DNA of 63,673 bases, the filler included, from Octopus bimaculoides (lineage: Eukaryota), in the NCBI RefSeq assembly GCF_001194135.2. It is 7 parts of 6 records of this genome, joined end to end, with 100 filler letters (N's around TTAATTAATTAA, not from the genome) between each part and the next. Parts side by side here need not be neighbours in the genome. Positions count along the whole stretch, not along the records: positions 1 to 10,993 come from NC_069005.1; positions 11,094 to 38,995 come from NC_068982.1; 5 more parts are not named here. One strand, written 5' to 3'. Position numbers and translations under genes: made by a program. Under the pieces are notes generated by a model. That model worked only from the letters and a program-made list of their open reading frames with translations. It was not told where the DNA came from and made no database searches. Shown in pieces: positions 1 to 12,845 of this stretch (position 1 is its first letter; each line of letters opens with the position of its first letter).

Positions 1-193
1 CATTTTAACGAAAGTAATGACGGAGAAATCGGATCTTGTGAATTTTCCGAAAGACCTTTCCCCACCCCCACCAGGGTCGTTAGCGCAATTTTTTTTTTTT
101 TTTATCATATTCGTTTTCTACATACTTGTTAACACCCAGGAGGCTGGTTTATTTATTTATTTTGTTCACGGGTGAAGATTTTACCGCTGCAGC

Positions 194-280
194 ATGGCCG
201 CAGCCCAATCATTGACAGTGAAGGATATAAGAGCCAGTTGCCTTTGTGTTCTTGGAAGAATGAGTTATGACGAAAGACGG
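194..280 (+). other. Possible first coding exon in a CpG-rich segment (MAAAQSLTVKDIRASCLCVLGRMSYDERR)
   Basis: ATG in good Kozak context (gcagcATGG), followed by the donor CGG|GTAAGA at 281. A further strong donor GAG|GTAAGT sits at 469. No recognisable homology. Confidence 0.2.
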
Positions 281-1379
281 GTAAGAGAATCAGATACGAC
301 TGGGAATATATTAACGGATTATTTATTTCAAGCAGGAAGGACTTCCTTGATGCAAAAAGTTCGCAAAGAAGTTAGTTTTGACCTGGGAAAGAAGAAAACT
401 TTGACATTTTGTTTTCAAATTTTGGCACAAAGCTAGTAAGTTTGGTGGATGGGGTAAACCGAAAGGAGGTAAGTCGGCCCCGGAGGAACATGAACTCTGG
501 ACGTAAAGACGGACGAAATTCTGCTAAGCGTTTAGCCCGGCTTCCTGACAGTTCTATCACCTCGCTGCCTTCACAGACACATACATATCCAACAAACGTC
601 CGCGAAAGAAAGACCAGTATAAAGAAACAAACGTTAGCTAACTATGGAAGAATGAGGTTGCTGTGGTACTCAATGACTTTTCATGTCTCAATAACTTATC
701 GAGACTTTGATCCGTAAAGATGGCCCATCAAAAAAAAATATAGATATATATAAATAATACGTAACTAATATACATATAATAATCGTCGTCGTCATAATAT
801 ATATACTTAATATGCCTGCATAACTTATATATATATATACATAATGTATGTATGACTAATTTACATAAATGATATACATAAGTAACACCTAAATAAGCAT
901 AATTTATGAACAATAAAAAGACATTCAGAAGCAGTATGCATATGGTATATATATATATATATATGTACATATGGTATATATTATATATATATAATTCAGT
1001 TTTCGTTTTTTTTACTCGAATATATCAGAAAAGTTCGTTTCAAAACAGAAGTAACTGTTTTTTTTCTTTCCTGAAGTTAAAAACTTTCACTCTACACCCA
1101 AAAAGTTAATATTTTTTTCTGCTAGATCGTTTTAAACTCGAGAATTGTGTTAATACTTCTTTTTTTACTTACCGATCTGTAAACTATTACTAAATCCGTG
1201 TAGTCCAGGAACAATAAAGTAACTAATTGCCAATAAATAATCAATGTAAGGTTTCTATTAAATCACTTAGGAGTCAAAAAAAAAAAACACATTCTCTCCA
1301 CTCAACAAACTTGGATTGTATTTACCTCGAGTGGCTGAAGTTTGCTTCACTTCAAGGTTTCGGACGAGAAAACCTCAGT

Positions 1380-1830
1380 TGAATCGTACACACAAACACA
1401 CTTTCTCCTTCTCTCTCTCCCTCTCTCTCTCCCTTCACTCTCTATCTCACTCTTTTGCTGTTTCATTTGTCACTTCCTTTTTTTTCTTTCATTCTTTCAC
1501 CTTCTTTCTTATTCCTCCCTCTCTCTTTTTCTTTTACTCTATTTTTCTCTCCCCACTTTCTTTCTTTCTCTCTTTCTCCTAATATCTCTCTTTCTCTCTT
1601 TATTTTTTTCTCTTTCTTTCTCACTCACACACACACCATTTTCTATATCCATGTCCATTATTCAGCAATCTTTATTTCTTTATTTCTGCCTCTCTTTTTC
1701 CCTGTCTATCTAAGTTTACATTGCCTCTATCTAGCTTTTACTTTCTTTCTGTATCTGCTCTTCTCTCTCTCTCCCTCTCCCCCTCTCTCTACCTATCTAT
1801 CTATCTATCTCCATTTATCAATATAATTTT
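1380..1830. repeat. Pyrimidine-rich (CT/CTT/TCTA) low-complexity tract
   Basis: Directly visible; it explains the overlapping Phe/Leu/Ser ORFs. Confidence 0.9.
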
Positions 1831-1904
1831 CCTTTTTCCTATCTCTCATACATACGCACACTCACATACATGTATAGAGTCAACAGATGAAATCAGAGAT
1901 GCTG

Positions 1905-2018
1905 AATATTCTTTCCTACTCTAGGGGCACAAGGCCTGAAATTTTGGGGGAGGGAGCCAGTCGATTAGATCGACCCCAGTACGCAACTGGTACTTAATTT
2001 ATTGACCTCGAAAGGATG
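1905..2018 (-). mobile_element. tRNA-derived SINE family B, 3' part
   Basis: cacaaggcctgaaatttt...gtcgattagatcgaccccagt...ggtacttaattt...cgaaaggatg matches the copies at 8921, 46497 and 59253. Confidence 0.85.
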
Positions 2019-2028
2019 NNNNNNNNNN

Positions 2029-2059
<31 letters not shown>

Positions 2060-2601
2060 GTAGATAGATAGATGGAAAGACAGATAGTCAAATAGATAGA
2101 TATATTTGTATTCACTCTTATACAATATAATAATAATACAAAAAAATAAAGTGATTAATATTAATCAGCAGACCATTATCATTTTCTTTTGTTTGTTATT
2201 CTTCATTTATTTGTTTATTTGAGATAACCAGCTCACACCAGTTTATTTATTCACCTTTGAATCAATTATGTTTACTCAAAAACAACCAAACATACATTAA
2301 TAAAGCGCAGACTGAAGACACGTGGCTTTCTGTCCCTTTCAAATCCTCTGTCACAGCAAACAGTTGAAAATGAATATCGTCTGTCTTTGAATTTCACCAA
2401 CTCATCGTAATAGTTATATGTGTTATGTATGTGAATATTTATACTACAATAGGTACAACAACAATAACAACAACAATAATAATGATTTCAAATTTTGGGT
2501 CAAGACTTGTGGTTTCGAAAGGTATTGCTCCTTCTCCCATACACAGCACAAATTTAACGAGCAGCTTTGGTGGACTTAACATCTCGATTGACATCTCATA
2601 T

Positions 2602-2765
2602 GCGCAGGAGTGGCTGTGTGGTAAGTAGCTTGCTTACCAACCACATGGTTCCGGGTTCAGTCCGAGTGCGTGGCACCTTGGGCAAGTGTCTTCTACTATA
2701 GCCTCGGGCCGACCAAAGCCTTGTGAGTGGATTTGGTAGACGTAAACTGAAAGAAGCCCGTCGTA

Positions 2766-2806
<41 letters not shown>
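2602..2806 (+). mobile_element. tRNA-derived SINE family A (CORE-like), head and body ending in (TA)n at a gap
   Basis: A-box-like TGGCTGTGTGG, B-box-like GGTTCAGTCC and CORE-like ccttgggcaagtgtc; more than 10 copies in the window. Confidence 0.9.
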
Positions 2807-3037
2807 NNNNNNNNNNNNNNNNNNNNNNNNNNNNNNNNNNNNNNNNNNNNNNNNNNNNNNNNNNNNNNNNNNNNNNNNNNNNNNNNNNNNNNNNNNNNNN
2901 NNNNNNNNNNNNNNNNNNNNNNNNNNNNNNNNNNNNNNNNNNNNNNNNNNNNNNNNNNNNNNNNNNNNNNNNNNNNNNNNNNNNNNNNNNNNNNNNNNNN
3001 NNNNNNNNNNNNNNNNNNNNNNNNNNNNNNNTATATA

Positions 3038-3378
3038 TGAAGACCCTCCTTTGGTCATGAATGACCATGGGTTTGCATCTAGAGAGTTCCCCTCCAAGGC
3101 AAAAGTCTGGGCAAGATTGTTTATGGAAGACCAGAAATCACCCATGCTTACCAGCCTCCCCTCTCCACACCACTGACGTTATTCAAGGGAAAAGCAAAAG
3201 GGGCCGATACAGCTTGGCACCAATAACATTGCAACTCATTTCTACAGCTGAGTGAACTGGAGCAATGTGGAATAAAGTGTCTTGCTCAAGAACACAACAC
3301 ACAGACCGGTCTGGGCAAACGAGGGCACATGGCTTAGTGGTTAGAGTGTCAGGCTCACGATCATGAGGTGGTAGGGTT
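3038..3378 (-). mobile_element. tRNA-derived SINE family F with inverted 5' head
   Basis: Body on the minus strand at about 3038-3315; tRNA-like head (gggcacatggcttagtggttagag...) on the plus strand at 3323-3378. Confidence 0.75.
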
Positions 3379-3394
3379 GTGGTGGTGAAGATAA

Positions 3395-3515
3395 GGATGA
3401 TGATGAAGATGGCGTTGGGGATGATGATGAAGTCGATGATGGTGATGGTGATGAAAAAGATAACAAAAATGATGATGATGATGATGATGATGATGACAAT
3501 GATGAAGATGATGAA
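3395..3515. repeat. (GAT)n-rich trinucleotide tract
   Basis: Directly visible. Confidence 0.9.
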
Positions 3516-3852
3516 TATGTGTGGATGTATATCTACATATAGCTACTCAGCAGTATCCATATTACATGTGTATGGATACATTAAGTCTGTGTGTCCCTCT
3601 TTGCACGTCAGTCTGTCTCTATCAAATTCAGGTTCGTCTACACTTGATCCTTGTCACTTTTTTTCTATTAGACTCTGCACCACTGGTGTCTACACACACA
3701 CACACATTCATATATGTACATACACATATATTTTTATATATATATATATATATATGTACATACACATATACATATATATATTTATATATATATATATATA
3801 TATATGTACATACACATATACATATATACATATTTATATTACATATATAATA

Positions 3853-3890
<38 letters not shown>

Positions 3891-4965
3891 CACACATACA
3901 CATAACTATACATACACATACACAGACACATATTTGTGTGTATAAATTAATGTATGCTTAATTGACTGTGTAGATCCCTATTTAGATAGTAGGTGTGTCT
4001 CTATATTCTTAATTGTATACACACGCACGCACACACGTACACACACACACACATAGACAGACACACACATACATACATAAACACATACATACATCTATGT
4101 AAGTGTGTATACATTGCTATCTCCCTTGGGACCTCAAGCCCTGTTGGAATCGTAGGGGTGCCAAAATCATATCATATTTAACAAATCTTGGGCATTTTAA
4201 AGCCTACTGGCTCCATCCCCTTCTGTTTTTGCACTCAAATGCACGACATATACACACACAAATACACACATATATATAGAGAGAGAGGGGGATAGAGAAA
4301 GAGAGACAGACAGACAGAATGTATATATATATANNNNNNNNNNNNNNNNNNNNNNNNNNNNNNNNNNNNNNNNNNNNNNNNNNNNNNNNNNNNNNNNNNN
4401 NNNNNNNNNNNNNNNNNNNNNNNNNNNNNNNNNNNNNNNNNNNNNNNNNNNNNNNNNNNNNNNNNNNNNNNNNNNNNNNNNNNNNNNNNNNNNNNNNNNN
4501 NNNNNNNNNNNNNNNNNNNNNNNNNNNNNNNNNNNNNNNNNNNNNNNNNNNNNNNNNNNNNNNNNNNNNNNNNNNNNNNNNNNNNNNNNNNNNNNNNNNN
4601 NNNNNNNNNNNNNNNNNNNNNNNNNNNNNNNNNNNNNNNNNNNNNNNNNNNNNNNNNNNNNNNNNNNNNNNNNNNNNNNNNNNNNNNNNNNNNNNNNNNN
4701 NNNNNNNNNNNNNNNNNNNNNNNNNNNNNNNNNNNNNNNNNNNNNNNNNNNNNNNNNNNNNNNNNNNNNNNNNNNNNNNNNNNNNNNNNNNNNNNNNNNN
4801 NNNNNNNNNNNNNNNNNNNNNNNNNNNNNNNNNNNNNNNNNNNNNNNNNNNNNNNNNNNNNNNNNNNGAGAGAGGGGGATAGAGAAAGAGAGACAGACAG
4901 ACAGAATGTATATATATATATCATCGTCGGCGAGCTGGCAGAAACGTTAACATGCCGAGGCGAAA

Positions 4966-5220
4966 TCATCATCATTGTTTAACGTCTGCTTTCCATGCTA
5001 GCATGTGTTGGACGATTTGACTGAGGACTGGTGAAACCAGATTGCTACACCAGGCTCCAATCTGATTTGGCAGAGTTTCTACAGCTGGATGCCCTTCCTA
5101 ACGCCAACCACTCAGAGAGTGTAGTGGGTGCTTTTACGTGCCACCGGCATGAAGGCCAGTCAAGCGGTACTGGCAACGGCCACGCTCGAAATGGTGTATT
5201 TTACGTGCCACCTGCACAGT
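4966..5220 (-). mobile_element. RTE-LINE-type 3' tail element (family C)
   Basis: (CAT)n tail followed by gtttaacgtc...cagctggatgcccttcctaacgccaaccac. Same sequence at 5606, 38808 and 50770; the ggatgcccttcctaa motif also occurs at the 3' end of the RTE fossil near 23606. Confidence 0.8.
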
Positions 5221-5605
5221 CCGAACAAAGAAAAAAGAAATTATGAGGATATATATGGCTGTCAATGAGCGACATGTGAGAGAACAACATTGATAGAATA
5301 CTTTTCATTGTGCATCACACGATGACTTTGCAAAAACATTACTTTATGTATTTCCTTTGGAACTGTAGAAACAAAGAATGGCAAAAAAGAAAGCGAGGTA
5401 AAAAGTTGAAGGCCATTTTAACGTTTTCAAAGAAGAAACATTCAGTCGTGTTTATGTTGTCACACAAAAGAGAGGAGAACTGTTTTATTTAAGAATTTTA
5501 TAGCTATGATGTTCAATAAAGTATTTTTTTCCTTTCTCATTGTGCATCGACATTTTCAACTTGGAGTGGTTGTGACCCGACGGGTCATGAGGGGTACATC
5601 TAGGA

Positions 5606-5851
5606 TCATCATCATCATCATCATCGTTTAACGTCCGCTTTCCATGCTAGCATGGGTTGGACGATTTGACTGAGGACTGGTGAAACCGGATGGCAACACC
5701 AGGCTCCAGTCTGATTTGGCAGAGTTTCTACAGCTGGATGCCCTTCCTAACGCCAACCACTCAGAGAGTGTAGTGGGTGCTTTTACGTGTCACCCGCACG
5801 AAAACGGCCACGCTCGAAATGGTGTCTTTTATGTGCCACCCGCACAAGCCA
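5606..5851 (-). mobile_element. RTE-LINE-type 3' tail element (family C)
   Basis: Near-identical to 4966-5220; truncated by a gap. Confidence 0.8.
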
Positions 5852-6767
5852 NNNNNNNNNNNNNNNNNNNNNNNNNNNNNNNNNNNNNNNNNNNNNNNNN
5901 NNNNNNNNNNNNNNNNNNNNNNNNNNNNNNNNNNNNNNNNNNNNNNNNNNNNNNNNNNNNNNNNNNNNNNNNNNNNNNNNNNNNNNNNNNNNNNNNNNNN
6001 NNNNNNNNNNNNNNNNNNNNNNNNNNNNNNNNNNNNNNNNNNNNNNNNNNNNNNNNNNNNNNNNNNNNNNNNNNNNNNNNNNNNNNNNNNNNNNNNNNNN
6101 NNNNNNNNNNNNNNNNNNNNNNNNNNNNNNNNNNNNNNNNNNNNNNNNNNNNNNNNNNNNNNNNNNNNNNNNNNNNNNNNNNNNNNNNNNNNNNNNNNNN
6201 NNNNNNNNNNNNNNNNNNNNNNNNNNNNNNNNNNNNNNNNNNNNNNNNNNNNNNNNNNNNNNNNNNNNNNNNNNNNNNNNNNNNNNNNNNNNNNNNNNNN
6301 NNNNNNNNNNNNNNNNNNNNNNNNNNNNNNNNNNNNNNNNNNNNNNNNNNNNNNNNNNNNNNNNNNNNNNNNNNNNNNNNNNNNNNNNNNNNNNNNNNNN
6401 NNNNNNNNNNNNNNNNNNNNNNNNNNNNNNNNNNNNNNNNNNNNNNNNNNNNNNNNNNNNNNNNNNNNNNNNNNNNNNNNNNNNNNNNNNNNNNNNNNNN
6501 NNNNNNNNNNNNNNNNNNNNNNNNNNNNNNNNNNNNNNNNNNNNNNNNNNNNNNNNNNNNNNNNNNNNNNNNNNNNNNNNNNNNNNNNNNNNNNNNNNNN
6601 NNNNNNNNNNNNNNNNNNNNNNNNNNNNNNNNNNNNNNNNNNNNNNNNNNNNNNNNNNNNNNNNNNNNNNNNNNNNNNNNNNNNNNNNNNNNNNNNNNNN
6701 NNNNNNNNNNNNNNNNNNNNNNNNNNNNNNNNNNNNNNATATATATATATATATATATATACGATAT

Positions 6768-6891
6768 ACGATGGGCTTCTTTCAGTTTCCGTCTACCAAA
6801 TCCCCTCACAAGGCTTTGGTTGGCCCAAGACTGCATCCGGAACCATGTGGTTGAGAAGCAAGCTTTTTACCACACAGCCACTCCTGTGCCT
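6768..6891 (-). mobile_element. SINE family A, internally deleted
   Basis: Reverse-complement match to 2602-2764. Confidence 0.85.
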
Positions 6892-7249
6892 AAGTCCATA
6901 TATACACACTCACACACACACACAAACACATATGTATGCCTTTCTGTGTCTGGTTGTATATTTCTAGAACACACCTCACTTTCTCTATCTTCATTTGTAA
7001 ATATGTACACATGCAATGTTTGTATGTGTTGTTTATATTGGAGCGAAATAGATATATATATGTGTATAAACAGACAGGTACATGTAAACAGAACACGCAC
7101 ACACACACACAATGTTTAGACAAAGTAATATTGAAATTGGTTGCACAGTGGACAGAAAACAGCAGTGGGTGTGTTAAGTAAAGCTGGTATGTAAAGGATG
7201 GGGGCTGGTGGTGCAGTTGGCCTAACTGTTGAACAGAAAGGAATAATCA

Positions 7250-7815
7250 ACACACACACATACGTATATACATGGACATGTGTATGCAGACACATGTACA
7301 TACATTTACCTATGCACACATACATACATACACACAAATGGAGACGTACATGTATATACACATACGCACACACACATACATATATACAGACACATACACA
7401 CAACTGGAAAAGTACATGCATATACATGTACATACATATACAGACATGCATGTACAGAATTGTATACACACAAACACACAGATAGGAATGTACATGCATA
7501 CATACATACATACATGCATTCATACATATGTACAAATATACACATTTAAATATATATAGCATGTCTAGATATGCAGCTATACCTATGAGAATACATACAT
7601 AAAGCAAAACATACAAATCTGCACATATACATACGTACATACATACGTACATACATACATACATACATACATACACACAAATGCGAAAGTATATGCATAC
7701 ACACACACGTATGCACACATACATACACACATATATACACATGTACATACACATGGAAATGGGTATGCATACACACATACATATACAAATGTAGACACAA
7801 AACAGGATGTACATG
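7250..7815. repeat. Degenerate (CA)/(TACA)/(TA) compound microsatellite
   Basis: Directly visible. Confidence 0.9.
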
Positions 7816-7827
7816 CATACACTACAT

Positions 7828-7941
7828 TAAGGGTACACGTGTCTGTGGTGTGCTCAGCCACTTGCAAGTTAATTTCACGAGCAGGCTGTTCCGTTGATCG
7901 GATCAACTGGAACCCTCGACGTCGTAACCGACGGAGTGCCA
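7828..7941 (+). mobile_element. SINE/LINE 3' fragment (family E)
   Basis: Reverse complement of the TSD-flanked insert at 17312-17425. Confidence 0.75.
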
Positions 7942-8289
7942 TGAATTAAATATATATGGATGTGTGTCATCATTCAATTTTACCTCAAGATTTCTTGCTA
8001 GTAGAGGAAGAGCCAGTGTCTAACCTAGATCCAAGGCTCCTTCATTGAAATTTCAACATCAACTACAAGGTATTCTTGAATGTATGCATATATACTTGCA
8101 GATTAGTATGTCTTCTCATGCATATAGTTGCATATTTGAGCTATCTTAAGACATGAGCACACTGGGCATTTTTCCTGAGGATCTCACATGTCTGTTGTGC
8201 TTGGCTGTCAATAAATAAATACTATAGGGCCCAGTGCATCAATTTGCCCAGGGGTCTATAAAGCTTTTGAGATTGCCCTGGCCCAAAGA

Positions 8290-8600
8290 TGAGAGCCAGT
8301 CTTCAGGATGAAATCCTAACTATGCTAATAATGTGATTTCCCCAGGTGAGATCCTTGGTGACAACAGGGCCCAGCATTTGGAGCAGTCGTGAAGGAGGGC
8401 TTTAGCTGAGTGTTAGTCCTGTTTGGTTAGGGTGGAGTATGAAGTGGAAGGGTGGTGTCCTAAAATTTGCTGAATTAGTTGTCAATGAGTCACTGTGTAA
8501 ATATAGGGAAATGTAATGATTACTGGCCTGGGAAAATACAATTGTTTAGAAGTGAAATAGTTGAGCGAAATTAGGTAAAAATGTTTAGGCTACAAGACAT
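8290..8600 (-). mobile_element. Degraded CR1/L2-like LINE RT C-terminal fragment
   Basis: Minus-strand reading ...VVTKDLTWGNHIISIVRISS*RLAL resembles the CR1/L2 motif LGVTITSDLSWxxHI. Confidence 0.4.
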
Positions 8601-8751
8601 GAGAAACAATGACTAAGTGGGTGGTGGAGTATTTAATGTGGGGTGACTTTATTATTGAAAGTTAAGCGAGAAACGTATATAGGTGGTGAGTAAAATATAT
8701 GACTAGACTGTAATTAAGACGATGACAACAAGAGTAGTAGCAGCAGCAGCA

Positions 8752-8787
<36 letters not shown>

Positions 8788-8890
8788 TAAAGTACTGTCA
8801 AACAGTACAACCCACCCCCCACCCGGTTGACACAATATCTTCAATCAACAACTTCATGATATTGTATACTGTGCCATGTCTATAATAATG

Positions 8891-8920
<30 letters not shown>

Positions 8921-8921
<1 letters not shown>

Positions 8922-9135
8922 TCCTTTCTAGTGGAAGCACAAGGCCTCAAATTTGGGTGAAGAGATTAAGTTGATTGCATTGACCCCAGTGCATAACTGG
9001 TACTTAATTTATTGACCTCGAAAGGATGAAAAGCAAAGTCGACCCTGGCGGCATTTGAACTCAGAGCATGGAGACGGACGAAATACCACTAAGCATCTCA
9101 CCTGGCATGCTAATGATCGTGCCGGCTCACCACCT
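8921..9135 (-). mobile_element. SINE family B, near full length
   Basis: tRNA-like head with B-box (gagttcaaatgcc) and a central gactttgcttttcatcctttcgaggtcaataaattaagtaccag domain, which from memory resembles the Meta-SINE domain. Confidence 0.9.
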
Positions 9136-9152
9136 TAATGATGATGATGATG

Positions 9153-9184
<32 letters not shown>

Positions 9185-9329
9185 CCCTTCTTTATTGGCC
9201 ACAAGGACCGAATACAAAAACAATTAGGGACAATACAAAGCAAGGGACAAGTGGGGTTTAAAGCAGAAAACATGTAAACAATAAACAAAAGGTTAACAAA
9301 AAAAATTAAACAACAAAATTCCCCCAAGG

Positions 9330-9514
9330 AGGGTTGCAAGAACAACAATAACAACAACAATAACAACAACAGTAGCAGCAACACAAGCAACAACTCCATA
9401 ATCACCACTGACTGACCACCACTACTACCACCACCAACACCATAATCACACCACCACCACTACTACCACCACCACCACTACCATCACCACTACCATAACC
9501 ATCAGCAGCACTAG

Positions 9515-9547
<33 letters not shown>

Positions 9548-9760
9548 CATAACCACCACCTTCACAACCACCACCACCACCACCATAACCATCACTGCTG
9601 CTGCTGCCACCACCACCACCACCACAACTACCACTGCTGCATCCACCAACACCATCATCATAACCACCATCACCACCACAGCCACCACCACTGCAGCAAC
9701 TACCACCACCACTGCAGCAACTACCATAACCACTACTACCGCTGCTGCGACTGCCACAGC
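9330..9760. repeat. Mixed trinucleotide tract (CAA/CAC/TAC/CAT)
   Basis: Directly visible; it generates the poly-Val ORF. Confidence 0.9.
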
Positions 9761-10507
9761 CAGGAGGACTTGCATGTCAGTAAGAATGGAACCCCNNNNN
9801 NNNNNNNNNNNNNNNNNNNNNNNNNNNNNNNNNNNNNNNNNNNNNNNNNNNNNNNNNNNNNNNNNNNNNNNNNNNNNNNNNNNNNNNNNNNNNNNNNNNN
9901 NNNNNNNNNNNNNNNNNNNNNNNNNNNNNNNNNNNNNNNNNNNNNNNNNNNNTTTAATAACAATATTTGAACCACACCCAAACATGTTGGTGGGGTGGGG
10001 GGAAGGTGGGATGGGGGAGGGAGGTGGTACGGGGAGGGAGGTCTCGGGTACTGTGGGATGCACACACACACACACACACACACACAAACGTCACATACAA
10101 ATATACGCATGCGTACACATGCAAACTTATATGAGCATACACACGCATATAAACACACACACACACACACATATATACACACATATAAGTATCTATCTTT
10201 CTCTCTCCCACTCTCTATGCCAGCATGAAAAGCAGATGATGATGATGATATATATATATAGCTACCTCTCTTTCTTTCCCTCTCACTCTCTCCACCCCTC
10301 TCTCATCCTGCCTCCTTCTCCCTCTCTCTCTCTATATAAATAGATGGATATACATACACCCATGCATGCACACACACATATTCGGTTGTATATATATTCA
10401 TACATATATACAGACACACACACACACACACACACACAACTGGTACCAGTAATACTACTGTGGGAAAAGAAGAATCTTGTCTGTTATCCTGTATGTAATT
10501 GCTAAGC

Positions 10508-10770
10508 TTTTATTCTGTGTTGCTGAACTGCTAAGTTACGGGGATGTAAACACACCAACACCAGTTGTCAAGTGGTGGTGGCGGACAAACTCGCACACAC
10601 ACACACATACACACATGACAGGCTTCTTTCAGTTTCCCTCTACCAAATTCACTCACAAGGCTTCGGTTGGCCCAAGGCTATAGTAGAAGACACTTGCCCA
10701 AGGGGTGCCACACTGTGGGACTGAACCTGGAACCATGTGGTTGGGAAGCAAGCTTCTTCCCATACAACCA
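10508..10770 (-). mobile_element. SINE family A
   Basis: Matches the family; central (CA)n present. Confidence 0.9.
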
Positions 10771-11093
10771 CATCTAAAGCTTGTTTACAAAATCTTCCCA
10801 CGTTCCAAAAAGCTATTACTTAGCATTAAAAATGCTGGTGTGTGTTTGCGTCCCTGTCAACTAGCGGTTCGGCAAGACAGACCGACAGAGAGAAAGAGGG
10901 AGGGAGAGAGAGAAAGAGGGGGGAGGGAGGAAGAGAGGGAGAGAACTAGACAGATAGAGATAAACATAAAGACAAATTATTGATATAGTGAATNNNNNNN
11001 NNNNNNNNNNNNNNNNNNNNNNNNNNNNNNNNNNNNNTTAATTAATTAANNNNNNNNNNNNNNNNNNNNNNNNNNNNNNNNNNNNNNNNNNNN

Positions 11094-11450
11094 GAAAAAT
11101 AGGTAAAGAATACTGAGATGAAAGTTTAATCTGACGTTGTATGTATCACTTTCTCTCTCTCTCCCTCTCCCTCTTTTACTCTCTATATTTTTATGTTGAG
11201 CGCGTGTGTAAGAATGGCGTTCCAGGTAGAAGGGATGAAATATAAAAGTTGCTAGAAACAACAGCCAAATCTCCCTTAAATCACACAAAGTAAACGGAAT
11301 TTTTAAAATCTAATTACTGCACTGGAACGTTCACATCGAGAAAATTCCATTGATGTAAAAAAATTTTACAAAAAAGTGGAAAATGTGGATTTCTATAAAC
11401 TTTCAAAAAGGCTTCACACAGACACACAACTTCAGATTTATATATTAAGA
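11094..11450 (-). mobile_element. Non-autonomous Helitron 5' portion
   Basis: 5' terminus a|TCTTAATATATAAA on the minus strand; 11228-11450 matches 63337-63500. Confidence 0.7.
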
Positions 11451-11452
11451 TA

Positions 11453-12845
11453 TCTATAATATAAATCCCATTCTGTGTGTGTGTAAAAGATTATAATGGC
11501 CATATTTTTCAACTGATTTTTCTCCAAACTGGGAACATACATTACTCATGTTCCAGAGATGGTTTTAGACTCTTAAAATTTTTCACATAATGAGCAACGA
11601 GGCCCTGGGGGGCAGAAAATGCGTTCCTGGGTTATGTGGTGGAAGGAGTTAACTCTTTGTGAAGTAACTTACAGAAATTGATTGTCTTCCTTACATCCAT
11701 TGGTTATAAAAAAAAATTAATATTGATTTTTATATTAGATTCTTGGCTTTGAAAGTTTTTAAGAATATTTACTTCTGGTTTTCTAGCATCAGTGACGTCT
11801 ATATCTCTCTATCCATCTCTATATCTATCTTATTTTTCTAACAAGCTCACTCACTCTCTATTGTTTTCACTTTCATTTTACAGATGCTATAGTTTTCACT
11901 GTAAGTTTTCAATCGCTATTTACAAACAACAATGACAAATTACTGACAAAAAGAAGTTTGCAATTACTGATGAAAGTTATTTCATACCTAGTTTATTGAC
12001 ATAAGTAACTTCATAAATTTCACTTCAATCTGTACACTTTGTTAAATTTGCCAACAAATTTCTAATTTACTTTTGCAATGTTTTGTCTTTTTTTGTTGTT
12101 GAGGGAATTACTGATAAAAGTAAGTTCATAATTTACTGACAGATGTAACTTCAAAAATTTCACTCAAATCTGTACACTTAGTTAATTTCCCTAAAAATTT
12201 CTTATTTACTTATGCAGTGATTTTTCTGTTGTTAACGGCTTTATTCTAGTTTCTTCAATACTGGTACTTTGGTTCACTGACAAATTTTGCTTCAACCCGT
12301 ACAATTCTTACTTACTTTCTGCCCGTTGTATTAAGAAATATAATTTCCATTACCAAATTATTTTCATTGTTTACTATCTTCTGCACCTGTGTATTTCTGT
12401 ATATGTATATAACCATGCCTAGAAGGAAAGTGTCAAATTTGTCTACAATGTTACGGTCAGCCAAAAGTACGTCTCTGTCCAGGGAAAGAGGGACAGCTGC
12501 AGAAAGGGAAGCATACCAAGAAACGAACAAAAGCCAGAGTATCTCAAAATGATGAACAGAGTTATGCACAGCTGACAAGGAATAGGATCAGCTCAGAAGC
12601 AACTTCTATGATGCAGCTTTCAGTTATGATCCAGCAATTCATTATGCAGATGACACTAGAGTTTCCATTGGTGCAATGACAACTGAGTGCATACATTGTA
12701 AAGAAAGGAAATGGTCTGGAGAGACACCTGCACTGTGCGGCACTGGTGGAAAGGTTCAACTTCTTGCAGTCACCCAACCTCCAGAGCCATTGAAGAATCT
12801 GTTGTCATCAACTGACCAAGATTCCAAGCACTTCTTGCTTCAGTG
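11453..12845 (+). mobile_element. Helitron 5' fragment with degraded Rep/Hel N-terminal ORF
   Basis: 5' terminus a|TCTATAATATAAAT. ORF from about 12415 (MPRRKVSNLS...), then AAFSYDPAIHY..SIGAMTTECIHCKERKWSGE...GKVQL...PPEPLKNLL...SKHFL, typical of the animal Helitron N-terminus. Imperfect tandem duplication of about 150 bp at about 11960-12225. Confidence 0.8.

Noticed and set aside
4270-4921. Direct repeat of about 60 bp on both sides of a gap (also 36470/36959 and 62768/62817)
   Set aside because: Unmerged contig overlaps flanking N-runs; most likely assembly artefacts.
2634-7119. Long ORFs of 100-480 aa here and at 36393-37120, 39870-40786, 42450-42960 and 45351-46423
   Set aside because: They run through N gaps (X residues).
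7116-7818. C/V/Y/M- or H/T/Y/I-rich ORFs (also 3379-3905, 41658-42207, 47570-48710, 55689-56447)
   Set aside because: Translations of CA/TA/TATG microsatellites.
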